From contig CAWGXH010000004.1 in NCBI GenBank assembly GCA_963826525.1, positions 64,001-128,000 of the forward strand: 64,000 bases of DNA, read 5' to 3'. Made by a program: the position numbers and the translations under genes. Numbering within the stretch: the first letter of the stretch is position 1; each line of letters starts with the position of its first letter. The DNA is from an uncultured Methanomicrobiaceae archaeon. GTDB lineage: Archaea; Halobacteriota; Methanomicrobia; Methanomicrobiales; Methanoculleaceae. Positions 43,356 to 54,458 of the stretch are shown in pieces. The notes beneath the pieces were generated by a model. It did not search any database. It had not been told where the DNA came from and saw nothing but the letters and a program-made list of their open reading frames with translations.

Positions 43356-44267
43356 TATTGCCATACCACGGGATAGCGCCGAATTGCTTCGCTGATACCC
43401 TGCACATAGTACATACGCCGGTAGGTCACCCCAGACCTGGTTGCCTCCGTCATCCGGGTGTTCCATCCCGGAACCATCACGCAGAGAGGTTCTATCTTCT
43501 GGCTCTCTAAATCCTGCTCTTTTGCCGACCGTTCACCAGAACGTGCGACCATCTCACACTTTCTATGCTGAATCCCACCTTTCGCACTTACCCGACCTCT
43601 TCTCTGAATTCTCAAACCACAAGATCCTCGTACTTCAGGAAAAACGCCTATGAGGCCGCGTCTGCTGATCTCATCGAAGGCTTCGACGTCTCGACGGCCA
43701 CCTTGGGATCATCGCCGGGAACCGCGACTCCCATCCCGCTCATCGTGCCCGAACGATCCCCAGGCCTGTTTCCAACAATATATTTCCCTAAAAGGCTCTG
43801 TGTGCTGGAGAATTGTCAATATGACCCCGGCGAAGCCGGTATATCCATGATAAACGTCTGCAACCAGTTTGCGGGAGATGAATAATCAGAGAGATCGAAC
43901 GTCGGTCTCAGATTGTCAGATACATTTAAGTTGGAGTACCTGTTACCAATCCCCGCCGGCGAGTTGTGCTCAAAGGGGTGCGCATGATCCGGGACCGGTC
44001 TTTCCTAGGATACTGTCAACGGTATGTCTCTCTGTACGTGTCCACCCGTAGTCGAGCGAAATCGTGCCGGCGAGAGCATCCGGAAGATACTATCTAATGA
44101 ACCCGGGGGTGACATAACTATCCTTCACATCGTTTGCCTGTGCCTACCGACATGGGAGACCCTTCCTCTGTACCTGCATGACGATAGTATTGGATTCCTG
44201 ATGAAGGGGCTGGATCTGCCCCCACAGCACTCGACTCCGGGAGATGTGTGCCAAAGGAGGCACTGAA

Positions 44268-46186
44268 ATGAGTAGAATCCCCTTCAAGATCCCGGAGGGC
44301 ATTTCAGTCTCGTTTCCGGCGCATTGATATTTCGCTTGCCGCCATCGGCGTCGTTACTGCAGTTATCCAGCTGGTTCGCGGGATCGCCAGCGGCAGCATC
44401 GTCTCTTCCCTCTTTGGGGTCTATCTCCTTGTCCCCTGCGTCGCATGGCTATATATGGGATCGCAAAAAACGCTGATCCCCAATACTCCATGCCACTCCG
44501 GTAAGGCATTCTTTGCTCTCTTCAACATAGGGTTCTGGATACTCGTCGTCGCTGGCATCCTGATGCTCTACCACCAAGGAGACCCCTACCAGCGCCCCCC
44601 GGGCTTTTTGATCACCATCATCCTTATGGCAGGCGTGCTGGTCTGCGAAGTGTTCTACTCCACGGAACAGACCTCTAGGTTAATTCTCCCGCAGATCATC
44701 CTGCTCGGCGTCTCTATCACCTGGTCGCAGGTGATAAATTACCCCAGCATAGTCGGCGTGGATCCGTGGTTCCACCAGATGTTCACAAATCACCTTATTG
44801 AGTACCATCATCTCACACAGGATTACAGTTATGCCCATTTCCCTATCTTCCATCTGATCGTTGGTCAGACTGCAATTCTGACGGGGCTCGACTACAAGAC
44901 GGCAACCCTCTTTTCAGCGAACCTGATACAGATCTCCTGCAACGTGCTCTTTGTCTACCTCCTCACGGTCACCGTCCTCCGGAACCCGAAAGTGGGTATA
45001 CTCGCTTCCCTACTGGTGGTCATCTCACCCTATCATATCTACATGAGTAACTCGCCCATTCCAAACGCATTTGCAGCGGTTTTCATCGTGATTGGACTCT
45101 ACCTCCTGTTCCGTCGCAGAGAGGTCTCCGGATTTTTCATCGGACTCCTTGGCCTTATTCTGGGTACGTTGGCCCTTACCCACACCATCTCCGCCCTCTG
45201 TATGGCGATCCTTCTCTTCACTGCCTGGGGGGCATCGGTTGTCTACCGGAGGTGGCATCCCGGATATGAAAGATATTCCTTCTCCCTTCCCCTGGCAGTT
45301 ATCTTCACGGCAGCGATGCTGGGATGGTGGCTCATGGATACAATCACCGGGAGGACCCTCGCCGAACTCCTTATGGAATCATTCGACGTTCACTTCTTCA
45401 ACACGGGGCCCGCAGATCTTTTGGACTATACACCGTGGTTGCCGGTTGAGGTGGCCTATAACAATACGGGTATATACCTGCCACTCTTCTTCTCGTTAAT
45501 CGGCATTTTATTCATGATCTCGGTGAGAGCCACGCCGCGTCAGTTTGTTGCCGCTTTTGTCGGCCTTGCCCCATTTATCGTAACGTTTCTGGCGCTTTTT
45601 GCCGGGATTGCCATAATCCCCGACAGGTGGTTCTACTTCTCGGGTATCTTTCTCAGCGTCCCGCTGGCTCTGGCTATATTTCTGGTGGCCGAAAACTGGA
45701 AAGATCGTTCCCCGATCATATCGGTTGCGATACCTGTACTCGATTGTTACCTTCTTCGCATTCCTGGCCATCACAAACCCGGTGGCAGAGGTGGCAGACC
45801 ACTGGGATCCATTCGTCTCCCCCAATAGCACCCGTTACGCCCTCTTCGAGTCTGAGATCAGCGCGCTCCATGTGATTGCAGGTGTCAACCAATCTCCAAT
45901 AAAGACCGACAGGTACTACGCAGATAGCCAGAAGTGGATTACTAATCTCACGATCCCGTTCGACGACGAGATCTACCTGCGTGACTACAGGGGGCTCTCC
46001 AGGGATCTAGTCATGGTCCGGAGTGCCGTTGAGGATGAGACATTTTTACTGTACTCGACGCCCTACAGGCTTGACTACAACCTGAGCTCGGACCTATCGA
46101 GGGCAGGTTTTTCGCAGATGTATAACTCCCGGACAGTGAAGGGATATCTCCTCCAGCGTGGATCCAGTCCCCGTGCTCCGGGATAG
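44268..46186 (+). CDS. Second GT-C/Wzy-like polytopic membrane protein, frameshifts near 44320 and 45735
   Basis: GVDPWFH, YAHFPIFH, IPDRW and C-terminal MYNSRTV; same motif layout as 12713-14683; AGGAGG SD. Confidence 0.62.
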
Positions 46187-46409
46187 CCCCGGCGGGTGGT
46201 TACGACTTAAACTGCCGGGCAGACAATAGACCGGGCGGCGTCGAACGGGTCCGCCTCACTGCCGTCCTCGTGTGTGAGCATATTGAGAATAATGATCGAG
46301 ATGCCGGATCCCGGCAGGCGAGAAGTGAGGGGTGCAGAGGGGATCGCTGCACCGTAAGTGAGTTTGCAGCCTGCTGGAGAATATGGGAGGGAGAGCCCCT
46401 CAGTATCCT

Positions 46410-48230
46410 TTAGATGGGCTTCAGCGTCGGGTTGAAACTGTATATCTGCGCCATCCAGGCCTCGGTGACCTTGAGCGTCCAGGTCCAGGTCTGGTAGCCA
46501 TCTTTCCTCATCTCCACGGCATGCGTACCGATGGTGATCCCCGGGATAACGGCGGGGGTCGTGCCCACGAACTTGCCGTCAAGGTAGATTGCGGCGCCTG
46601 ACGGGGAAGTAGTGAACCGCACAGATGCCGTCGAGGCTGGTTTCAATGTCGGGTTGAAACTGTATATCCGTGCCATCCAGGCCTCGGTGACCTTGAGCGT
46701 CCAGGTCCAGGTCTGGTAGCCATCTTTCCTCATCTCCACGGCATGCGTACCCATGGTGATCCCCGGGATAACGGCGGGGGTCTGTGCCCACGAACTTGCC
46801 GTCAAGGTAGATTGCGGCGCCTGACGGGGAGGTAGTGAACCGCACGGATGCCGTCGATCCGGGCGTCTGTGTTGGCGTTGGTGTTGGCGTTGGTGTTGGT
46901 GTTGGTGTTGGTGAGGAGAGGATCGCACAGTTGACAAATGCCTTTAAGGCACCGCTGACAGCGACATTCTGAACCTGTACCTTGGCCGGTGCACTGTTGT
47001 ACACGCCGTAGCGGTACCCCTGGACACTTGAGTCCTTCAAGCTGGATCGTGTCCGCGTGCGCAACGGTTGACTCGACATTGATCCCGGGATTGGGCTGGC
47101 TAATGCCACCCGAAGAGATCTCCAGGCCCTCTATGAGAAGATTGGCGGTTCCGCTTCGAATCTGAACCGGTATTGTCTCTCCAGTAAGCAAGGATGAAGT
47201 AATCGTCATGCCCGATACGGATGCGATGCTGAAACCGAAGTCGGAACCTACATCGGAACACCGTTCAAGCGTGATCACCCCGGCGTCACCGAGGAAACCA
47301 ATGAAGTTGTTCTCCGAAGTGCAGTTGATGCACGAGACACCCTTACTGATTACTTACCCGGCGCCACAGTCAGGCTCAACACCGGCAAGCTTCTCTTTCT
47401 GGGCGTTATCTTTGCTGACGCAGTCGACAAGCCGGACGCTGGTCTTCGTGGGCAGAGCCTCAAAGTGGAACCCGGACTCCCAGTTGCCTTCTGCGCGGCA
47501 CCGGATCACCTCGGCGTTTTCCAGGTTGTTGCGTTCGGCAAAGTCGAACCCGGTGACCCAGGGGTTGAACCGGCTGGACCGGCCGCAGTTGATCGCCTCG
47601 CACTCGGTAAAGACGACATCCTTGATCGTCAGAGTACTCGGAGGCGCTCAGGAGAAAGCCGTAGGTCCCCGGATCGATCGCCCTGCACCTGAAAAACTCG
47701 ATGTCGGTGATCTGATGGTGGTAGCCGCTGTCGACTTCGCTGACCACGAAGAACACGGCCTGGATCGAGTCGTCGGCAGTCGCTGTGATATCCCGCAGGA
47801 CAGCGTGGCTTGCCCTGACGGTGATCACGCCGCACCACGGGTTGGCGATACAGTCTTTACCGGAGACCGAGAAGTCTTCCAGCGTGACTTACTCTTCGTC
47901 AACGAGAAGGGCGCTGTTTGTGAAGGCGAGCGAGGTCTTCGATTCGCCCTGTCCCCGGAGCGTCGTATGGGCTTTGGGTGCAAGGTTCCCTTTGCACCGG
48001 AAAGTCCCCGCGGTCAGTACCACCTCCCCCCCGGAGGCTGGAAGTGCGGCGAGCGCCGCCTGGATCTCCTGCTGGTCGTTCACCCCGTCGCAGAGGTAAT
48101 CGGCCGAGGCCCGGACAGCAGCGCTGCTGTCGCTTGCGGCTACCGTCACGGTGGCTGCCCCGGCAACATTGATCAGGCTGACGAGGAATAACACTCCCAG
48201 GAGAAGTTTCATCAAATTATTGCTTTCCAT
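46410..48230 (-). CDS. Secreted beta-helix protein with PT linker and two PEGA domains (several frameshifts)
   Basis: Signal peptide MESNNLMKLLLGVLFLVSLINVAGA; DQQEIQAAL..LP..GGEV.L.AGTF; WVTGFDFAE; PTPTPT; TSPSGAAIYLDGKFVGTTP twice. Confidence 0.75.
46426..46857 (-). repeat. Near-identical tandem PEGA-coding repeat, 222-bp period
   Basis: Units 46426-46634 and 46648-46857 differ at only a few positions. Confidence 0.92.
47392..48146. repeat. 755-bp direct repeat, copy A
   Basis: Matches 49755-50509 apart from about four positions found by eye. Confidence 0.93.
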
Positions 48231-49195
48231 ATATAAACCCCCAATATATTTCCAATCCGCCAACGGTCGTCTATAATCCGTCAGGATCGGACAGAAATTA
48301 GTGTACATATATAGTATAAAAAGGTTTTTAAATTTATTTTGTTTTTAAACTGGCCTTTATAAAAATTGACCGTCAAATATGACTTAATACACACTTAAAC
48401 CTTATAACGTGGGCCAACGGTTGGCCTCAACTATTATATGGTTCGTGGGCCCGTCCCCGAATTGGTCTCGACCGGACGGGGAGCCCTGTCTGGGCCCCTC
48501 CGACCGGAGGTATTTTCGACAGGTGAAGGCATAGCACGATCATGCGCGCCGCCAGTGCCCGGCCATCCCATTGTAGAGGAGAGCGGCCGGTCGCAGGATA
48601 TGAATTTGAGAACCTGCTGTCTTTCGAGAAGGGCTTGAAGGAAGTATCCCTGCTCGCCTCTCCGGTGTTCGAACCCGGTACGCTGCGCTGATCGTTACCT
48701 GCGCCTGCGAGCGCTCGCACGCCCGAGCGCCGATAGGAGCCCTCGCAAAGGCCAGGGTACATCTCTGCTTTCGGTTGAGCCTGTATGATACAGAGCGCAA
48801 GTATCCGGAAGCAGCCCGGCTCCTCGCGAAGGGATACAGACGATCCCGATGGTTGCGAGGTGCGCTGCCGGGGTGAAGGCCGGTAAACGCCGAGTAACTT
48901 AGAGATTGTCCCAAACACCTTCGCCGGGAGGGGGGCACCTCCTCCCCAGCCCCTCCCCCGTGTTGTGACACCTGAGTAAAGGCCGTTTCCTCATTTGGTC
49001 CCCCGTCAGGGCTCAGGCGGCAGAAATCTCATACATAAATGTTCAGATTAAAGTGTAGCGATAGTTTGCAGACCCTTCTGGACGGCCTCTTACGGAAGAA
49101 GTCGGGGGACGAAAGGGATCTGCCCTGGACGCAGACTCCGCATGTCTGCGGCTATTGCATCCGGAACACTGCAGAGAGGGAAATTAATGCTGACG

Positions 49196-50692
49196 TTACG
49201 GGAGGCGATCGAACGGTGGAAAATTCACGTGAAAGAGCCTGGCTGCGACAGCGAGCCAATCCGGTTCGTCCAGAATATCGCAATTGATGAAATCTACCGC
49301 ATTCCAGAGACCTCCACGTTTTTGACCCGTACGGCGCCCGCTGCAGTATTGATGATGCCGTATCGGTATCCCTGGATATGAGAGTCCTGTATCAGGATCT
49401 CCGGTGCGTTCCAGACGTCACGTGCCACGGTAATGCCCGCTGTTTCGCCCGATAGATTCTCCGACGATATTGCAAGTCTCCCAAGTGTCACACCAACCAT
49501 GTCCCCCTTCCCGAAGACGATCGGATGTAACTCCCCTGTGGCGCTGGAAGATGTCAGGTGCGCTCCTCGCGAGTCGTTCAGGCAGCTCAGCACGTACCGG
49601 GTCCGGGAGGCTCTCTCCGTGCAATTGACAATCTCGAAACCACCACCGGTACAATAGAAGCCAACATCATTATTCTCCGATGTGCAGTTTAGCAGACGCA
49701 TGTCCCCGTTTACCAGGTATCCTGCGCCAAAGACGATCCTGGCAGCTCCTGTCCTCTCTTTCTGGGCGTTATCTTTGCTGACGCAGTCGACAAGCCGGAC
49801 GCTGGTCTTCGTGGGCAGAGCCTCAAAGTGGAACCCGGACTCCCAGTTGCCTTCTGCGCGGCACCGGATCACCTCGGCGTTTTCCAGGTTGTTGCGTTCG
49901 GCAAAGTCGAACCCGGTGACCCAGGGGTTGAACCGGCTGTACCGGCCGCAGTTGATCGCCTCGCACTCGGTAAAGACGACATCCTTGATCGTCAAGTACT
50001 CGGAGGCGCTCAGGAGAAAGCCGTAGGTCCCCGGATCGATCGCCCTGCACCTGAAAAACTCGATGTCGGTGATCTGATGGTGGTAGCCGCTGTCGACTTC
50101 GCTGACCACGAAGAACACGGCCTGGATCGAGTCGTCGGCAGTCGCTGTGATATCCCGCAGGACAGCGTGGCTTGCCCTGACGGTGATCACGCCGCACCAC
50201 GGGTTGGCGATACAGTCTTTACCGGAGACCGAGAAGTCTTCCAGCGTGACTGTACTCTTCGTCAACGAGAAGGGCGCTGTTTGTGAAGGCGAGCGAGGTC
50301 TTCGATTCGCCCTGTCCCCGGAGCGTCGTATGGGCTTTGGGTGCAAGGTTCCCTTTGCACCGGAAGGTCCCCGCGGTCAGTACCACCTCCCCCCCGGAGG
50401 CTGGAAGTGCGGCGAGCGCCGCCTGGATCTCCTGCTGGTCGTTCACCCCGTCGCAGAGGTAATCGGCCGAGGCCCGGACAGCAGCGCTGCTGTCGCTTGC
50501 GGCTACCGTGATCGCCAGCGCACGCGTAAGGCTTCCATCCGATCCGTTCGCCAGCGCAGCTTGGCTGCCGGGAGAGAAGGGCGTTAGAGTTGGGAAAACC
50601 GCCAGAATCAGGAGTATAGAGAGTAGTGTGCGAGTCAGTCGCTTCACCCAGCTCGGATGATATCTATGGAGATGCTTTCTATGCTCTGTCAT
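49196..50692 (-). CDS. Membrane-anchored or secreted beta-helix protein, paralog of 46410-48230 (frameshifts near 50250 and 49300)
   Basis: Hydrophobic N-terminus, shared core (WVTGFDFAE, GNWESGFHFE), C-terminal QGYRYGI.N...V.NV.VSG...F.NC.IL like its paralog. Confidence 0.75.
49755..50509. repeat. 755-bp direct repeat, copy B
   Basis: Matches 47392-48146. Confidence 0.93.
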
Positions 50693-50916
50693 GTCATGGC
50701 GTTCTCCGTCCTCCTCCACAGGATATGCCTCCTGAAGGGCGTTTTGTAAGTGACCTTTGTTTCCCAAAGCGCATCGGTGGCTAAGGCGAACCCGGGTCCC
50801 CTGACACCTCTCTCCTCACGAGAACAGCCCGATCCGCCGGCTGTCCGAGCAGTTCCCTCTCCATACCGGGGTTCGTTGGACCGAGGAGGTGCAGCCGTAT
50901 CGATGCGGCCACACCA

Positions 50917-52052
50917 TCAACTCACCACGTTCTGCAGTACGCGTGCAATATAAGCGATCTCAGGGCGTTGCAGGGTTGGATACATCGGCAGGCTGAGTAC
51001 CTTACCGGCAACCTCCTCGGTTACAGGCAGTTCTCCTCCGGTATACCCAAATATATCCCGGAAGTAGCGTGTCAGGTGAACCGGCGGGAAGATGCACACT
51101 TTTCGACGCTATATTGAATTCCTGCAGTTGTCTCATGATGTCATCCCTGTTCGCGCCGGCCCCGTCGATCAGGATCGAGAAGAGTTGATGCACGTTGAGG
51201 CACCCCAGAGGGGTCTTCGGAACCTCGATCCGGCTGATTCCCGATAGTTCATGCCGGTAGTACTCAGGCACAGCGACGTCTCATCTCGATGATCTTGTCG
51301 ACGCTCTCAAGCTGGCTCAACCCCAGGCATGCAAGAATATCTGGCATGCGGAAATTAAATCCCAGGGCAACATAGTCCCCACATTCTGTCGAGGAGAAGT
51401 AGTTGCCCTGTTCCTGTCGCCCGTGAGACCGGATCAGCCTCAGCCGTTCATCGAGGTCCTTTGAGTCGGTGACGATGGCGCCCCCTTCTCCGGTCGTGAT
51501 AATCTTGTTCTGGCAGAAGCTGAACATAGCCAGATCGCCGAATGTTCCAACTCCTGTGCCCCGGACCCTGGCGCCGAATGCCTCTGCCGCATCCTCGAAG
51601 AGAAGGAGGTTATGGTCTGTGGCGATCTCCCGCAGCGCTTCTATTGAGCACGGGCATCCGCCGTAGTGAACAGGTAGGATAGCTCGTGTATTTCGGGTGA
51701 TCTTTTCCTGCACATCTTCCGGATCCAGACCCAGATCCTCTCGCTTGATATCGGCAAAGATCGGTTTTGCACCCACCATGAGCGGTGCATTTGCAGTCGC
51801 AATGAAGGTGAACGAGGGGACGATGACTTCGTCCCCTGCATGGATCCTGTTGGCCAGAAGTCCGGCATGAAGCGCAGAAGTGCCGGAGTTGAACGTCGTG
51901 CAGTATTTCACGCCGATATAATCGCCGATGGCTCTTTCAAACCTCTCGACATCAGGACCGGTTGTCCAGAACATGCCCCGTCTAATTACATCTCTGATCC
52001 TGTCGATATCATCGTCGTTCCAGAAGATCTGAAAAAGCGGTACCTGCATCAT
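50917..52052 (-). CDS. DegT/DnrJ/EryC1/StrS PLP-dependent sugar aminotransferase (two frameshifts)
   Basis: NSGTSALH, VPSFTFIATAN, EDAAEA, SFCQNKIITTGEGG, GFNFRM and LSLPMYP. Confidence 0.92.
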
Positions 52053-52240
52053 ATGACCCCCATTTATGTGGTTACCTCGATCGTTCATCATCACGAGCCC
52101 GGTTGTTGTCCTTGAATGATAGTATTGTGGCTCTTCCAGGAGGCCCGGCACACCATCCGACGCGCCCGGGAAAGGTCAGGATCGCTCTCCAGCCGGTTCC
52201 CGTGCCGTCGGATGGTGTGCCGGGAGTTCTGTGTCCCTCG

Positions 52241-53193
52241 CTACCGTGGCTTTGTCCATTCTTCAAACCGGTAATTCTTATACCAGTTGACGAGTCTGCG
52301 AGGGCCTGGTCGATCGAGTATCGGGTCGCCAGCCCAGTTTATTTGCCTGTGAAATATCAGCGATGAGCCTCTGAACCTCTCCGGGTCTTGGATCTACGTG
52401 AACTGGCTCTATGTCTCTCTCGCAGAGATCGGCGATCTTCTTTGCCAGATCAAGGATTGGATATCAGCCCCCGATCCGAAGTTGATGGGCTCCGTAAGTA
52501 TCCCATCATAGTTGAGAAGGATATCGTACGCCCTCACAATATCATGGATATATGTGTAGTCTCTTGTCTGACTCCCGTCGCCGTAAATGATCGGCGGGCT
52601 CCCGTTCAGCACTCTCCGGATGAAGATGGAGATGACCCCGCCGTACCGGAATCTTTCTGGTGCGGCCCATAGATGTTGAACGGCCGGATGACGGTGATGT
52701 TCATCCCGTAGGTGCAGATATACGCGTAGCACATCCGGTCTGCAGCGATTTTGCTTGCGCCATACGGATGCGGTGCGTTTAACGGATGTGCTTCATCCAT
52801 CGGGGAGTACTGGGCTGAGCCATAGACCTCGCTTGTGGAGGCGTGGATCACTTTTTCAACATCATACATCCGGGCCGCCTCAAGCACTTTCTGCGTCCCG
52901 AGCACGTTTGTTTCATAGGTGAGCTTCGGTTCGATAATTGAGCGGTCGACATGAATCTGTGCTGCCAGGTGAACGACAGCATCCACATCCCGCATCAATT
53001 TCTCCAGGAGATCGAAGTTTTTAATATCTCCAGAAATCAGTTTGAAGTTCCGGAATTTGAGCAAGTGCCGGATATAGGTCAGGTTGCCGTTTAAGAAGTT
53101 GTCCAAGCACAGGACGGTATCCCCCCGCTTCGTATACGTGTCACAGAGATGCGACCCGACAAAGCCCGCACCGCCGGTGATCAGTAACTTCAT
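52241..53193 (-). CDS. NDP-sugar epimerase/4,6-dehydratase (SDR), several frameshifts
   Basis: TGGAGFVGSH, AAQIHVDRSI, STSEVYG, PYGASK, GDGSQTRDY and PRPGEV. Confidence 0.9.
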
Positions 53194-54299
53194 TTTGCTC
53201 CTCCATTCACCTGGTTCGAGTACACCTCGGCGATCCTCTCCATTTCTTTGTGGTAGTTATACTCTGCTGAAATCTTGCGCCGGTTATTCTTCCCGATCCG
53301 CTCTCGTTCCTGTGGGTGCTCGCAGAGATAGATAATCTTATCTGCAAGTGCCTGGGGAGAGCGAGTCGGAATGACAAACCCATTTTCGTTCTCTTTCACC
53401 CATGCCGCGTTATCACCGAAGTCCGTAATGATCACGGGCAGGCCGCACGCCATCGCTTCGGCGGTGCTGATGGCGAGGCCCGCATCCGAGAGCGACGTTG
53501 AGGCGTAGATGTCAGCGGCACTGAGAAGATGCGGCAGGTCGGTGTTGTGAACGATACCGGGGAAATCGGTCACCTCATCGAGGCCCATCTTCTTTACGGT
53601 CTCCATGAGACCCTCCCGTAGAGGGCCGCCCCCCACGATCGTAAACCGCGCATCCGGGTACTCCCTGATTACGAGCGGGATGGCCTCGATAAGAGTGCCG
53701 AGATCGTAAATGGGGCGGTGCATCCTGGTATTGATAATCCGCCTTACAGTGCCGCCCTCTTCTGCCAGCTGTTCGCTGTCGTATAGGTCAGGCCTGAACT
53801 TTTCCGTATCCACCCCGTAGTAAATGAGCGAGACTTTCGATGGATGAATCCCCTGATCGAGTACCGTCCGATGTGTGATGCTCCCGTCACAGTGAACATG
53901 ATCTGCAACCCTGAGCGTGTGGCGAATGAGCGGTCCCATTGCACCTTTTTGATCGACCAGAACGTCTGAACCCCACACTGACAGGACGAACGGGTGCCTC
54001 CTTGCGAGCAAACCGATAATGCCGTAATCTGTGACGTAGTGCGCGTGGATGATCTCCGGTTGAATCCTGTCAATCTCCCGGCGGGCCCGGATTGCCCGGT
54101 AGGGGAGCGAATAGAACAATCTCCGACGCACCCGCGATCTGCTTGACTCACGCAGATCGTGCATCACAACCCCTTCGGGATCAGAGTCGTACATCGGGTT
54201 GTCGAACGATACGAAATGGACCTCATCCCCTCTCTTAACAAAGTATTTTGCCATTTTTTCAGAGGTTGGCCCCCATACGGATAGGTAACAGATCTTCAT
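53190..54299 (-). CDS. Glycosyltransferase family 4
   Basis: IHAHY, SVWGSDV, GVDTEKF and SLSDAGLAISTAEAMACGLP. Confidence 0.9.
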   Translation of the reverse strand: MKICYLSVWGPTSEKMAKYFVKRGDEVHFVSFDNPMYDSDPEGVVMHDLRESSRSRVRRRLFYSLPYRAIRARREIDRIQPEIIHAHYVTDYGIIGLLARRHPFVLSVWGSDVLVDQKGAMGPLIRHTLRVADHVHCDGSITHRTVLDQGIHPSKVSLIYYGVDTEKFRPDLYDSEQLAEEGGTVRRIINTRMHRPIYDLGTLIEAIPLVIREYPDARFTIVGGGPLREGLMETVKKMGLDEVTDFPGIVHNTDLPHLLSAADIYASTSLSDAGLAISTAEAMACGLPVIITDFGDNAAWVKENENGFVIPTRSPQALADKIIYLCEHPQERERIGKNNRRKISAEYNYHKEMERIAEVYSNQVNGGAK

Positions 54300-54458
54300 C
54301 CCGCCCCCTCTCCCGTATTATGACATATAGTCGTTGCGGTGATGTGTCAGGGATGCCCAGACTCAGTAGTTCGCTAATTTGAGAGCCGGCATACTCTTTG
54401 CCGAATCAGGAAACCAGCATAAAAACGAAAGATCTATAACAGTTGCAGGCGTCCCCTC

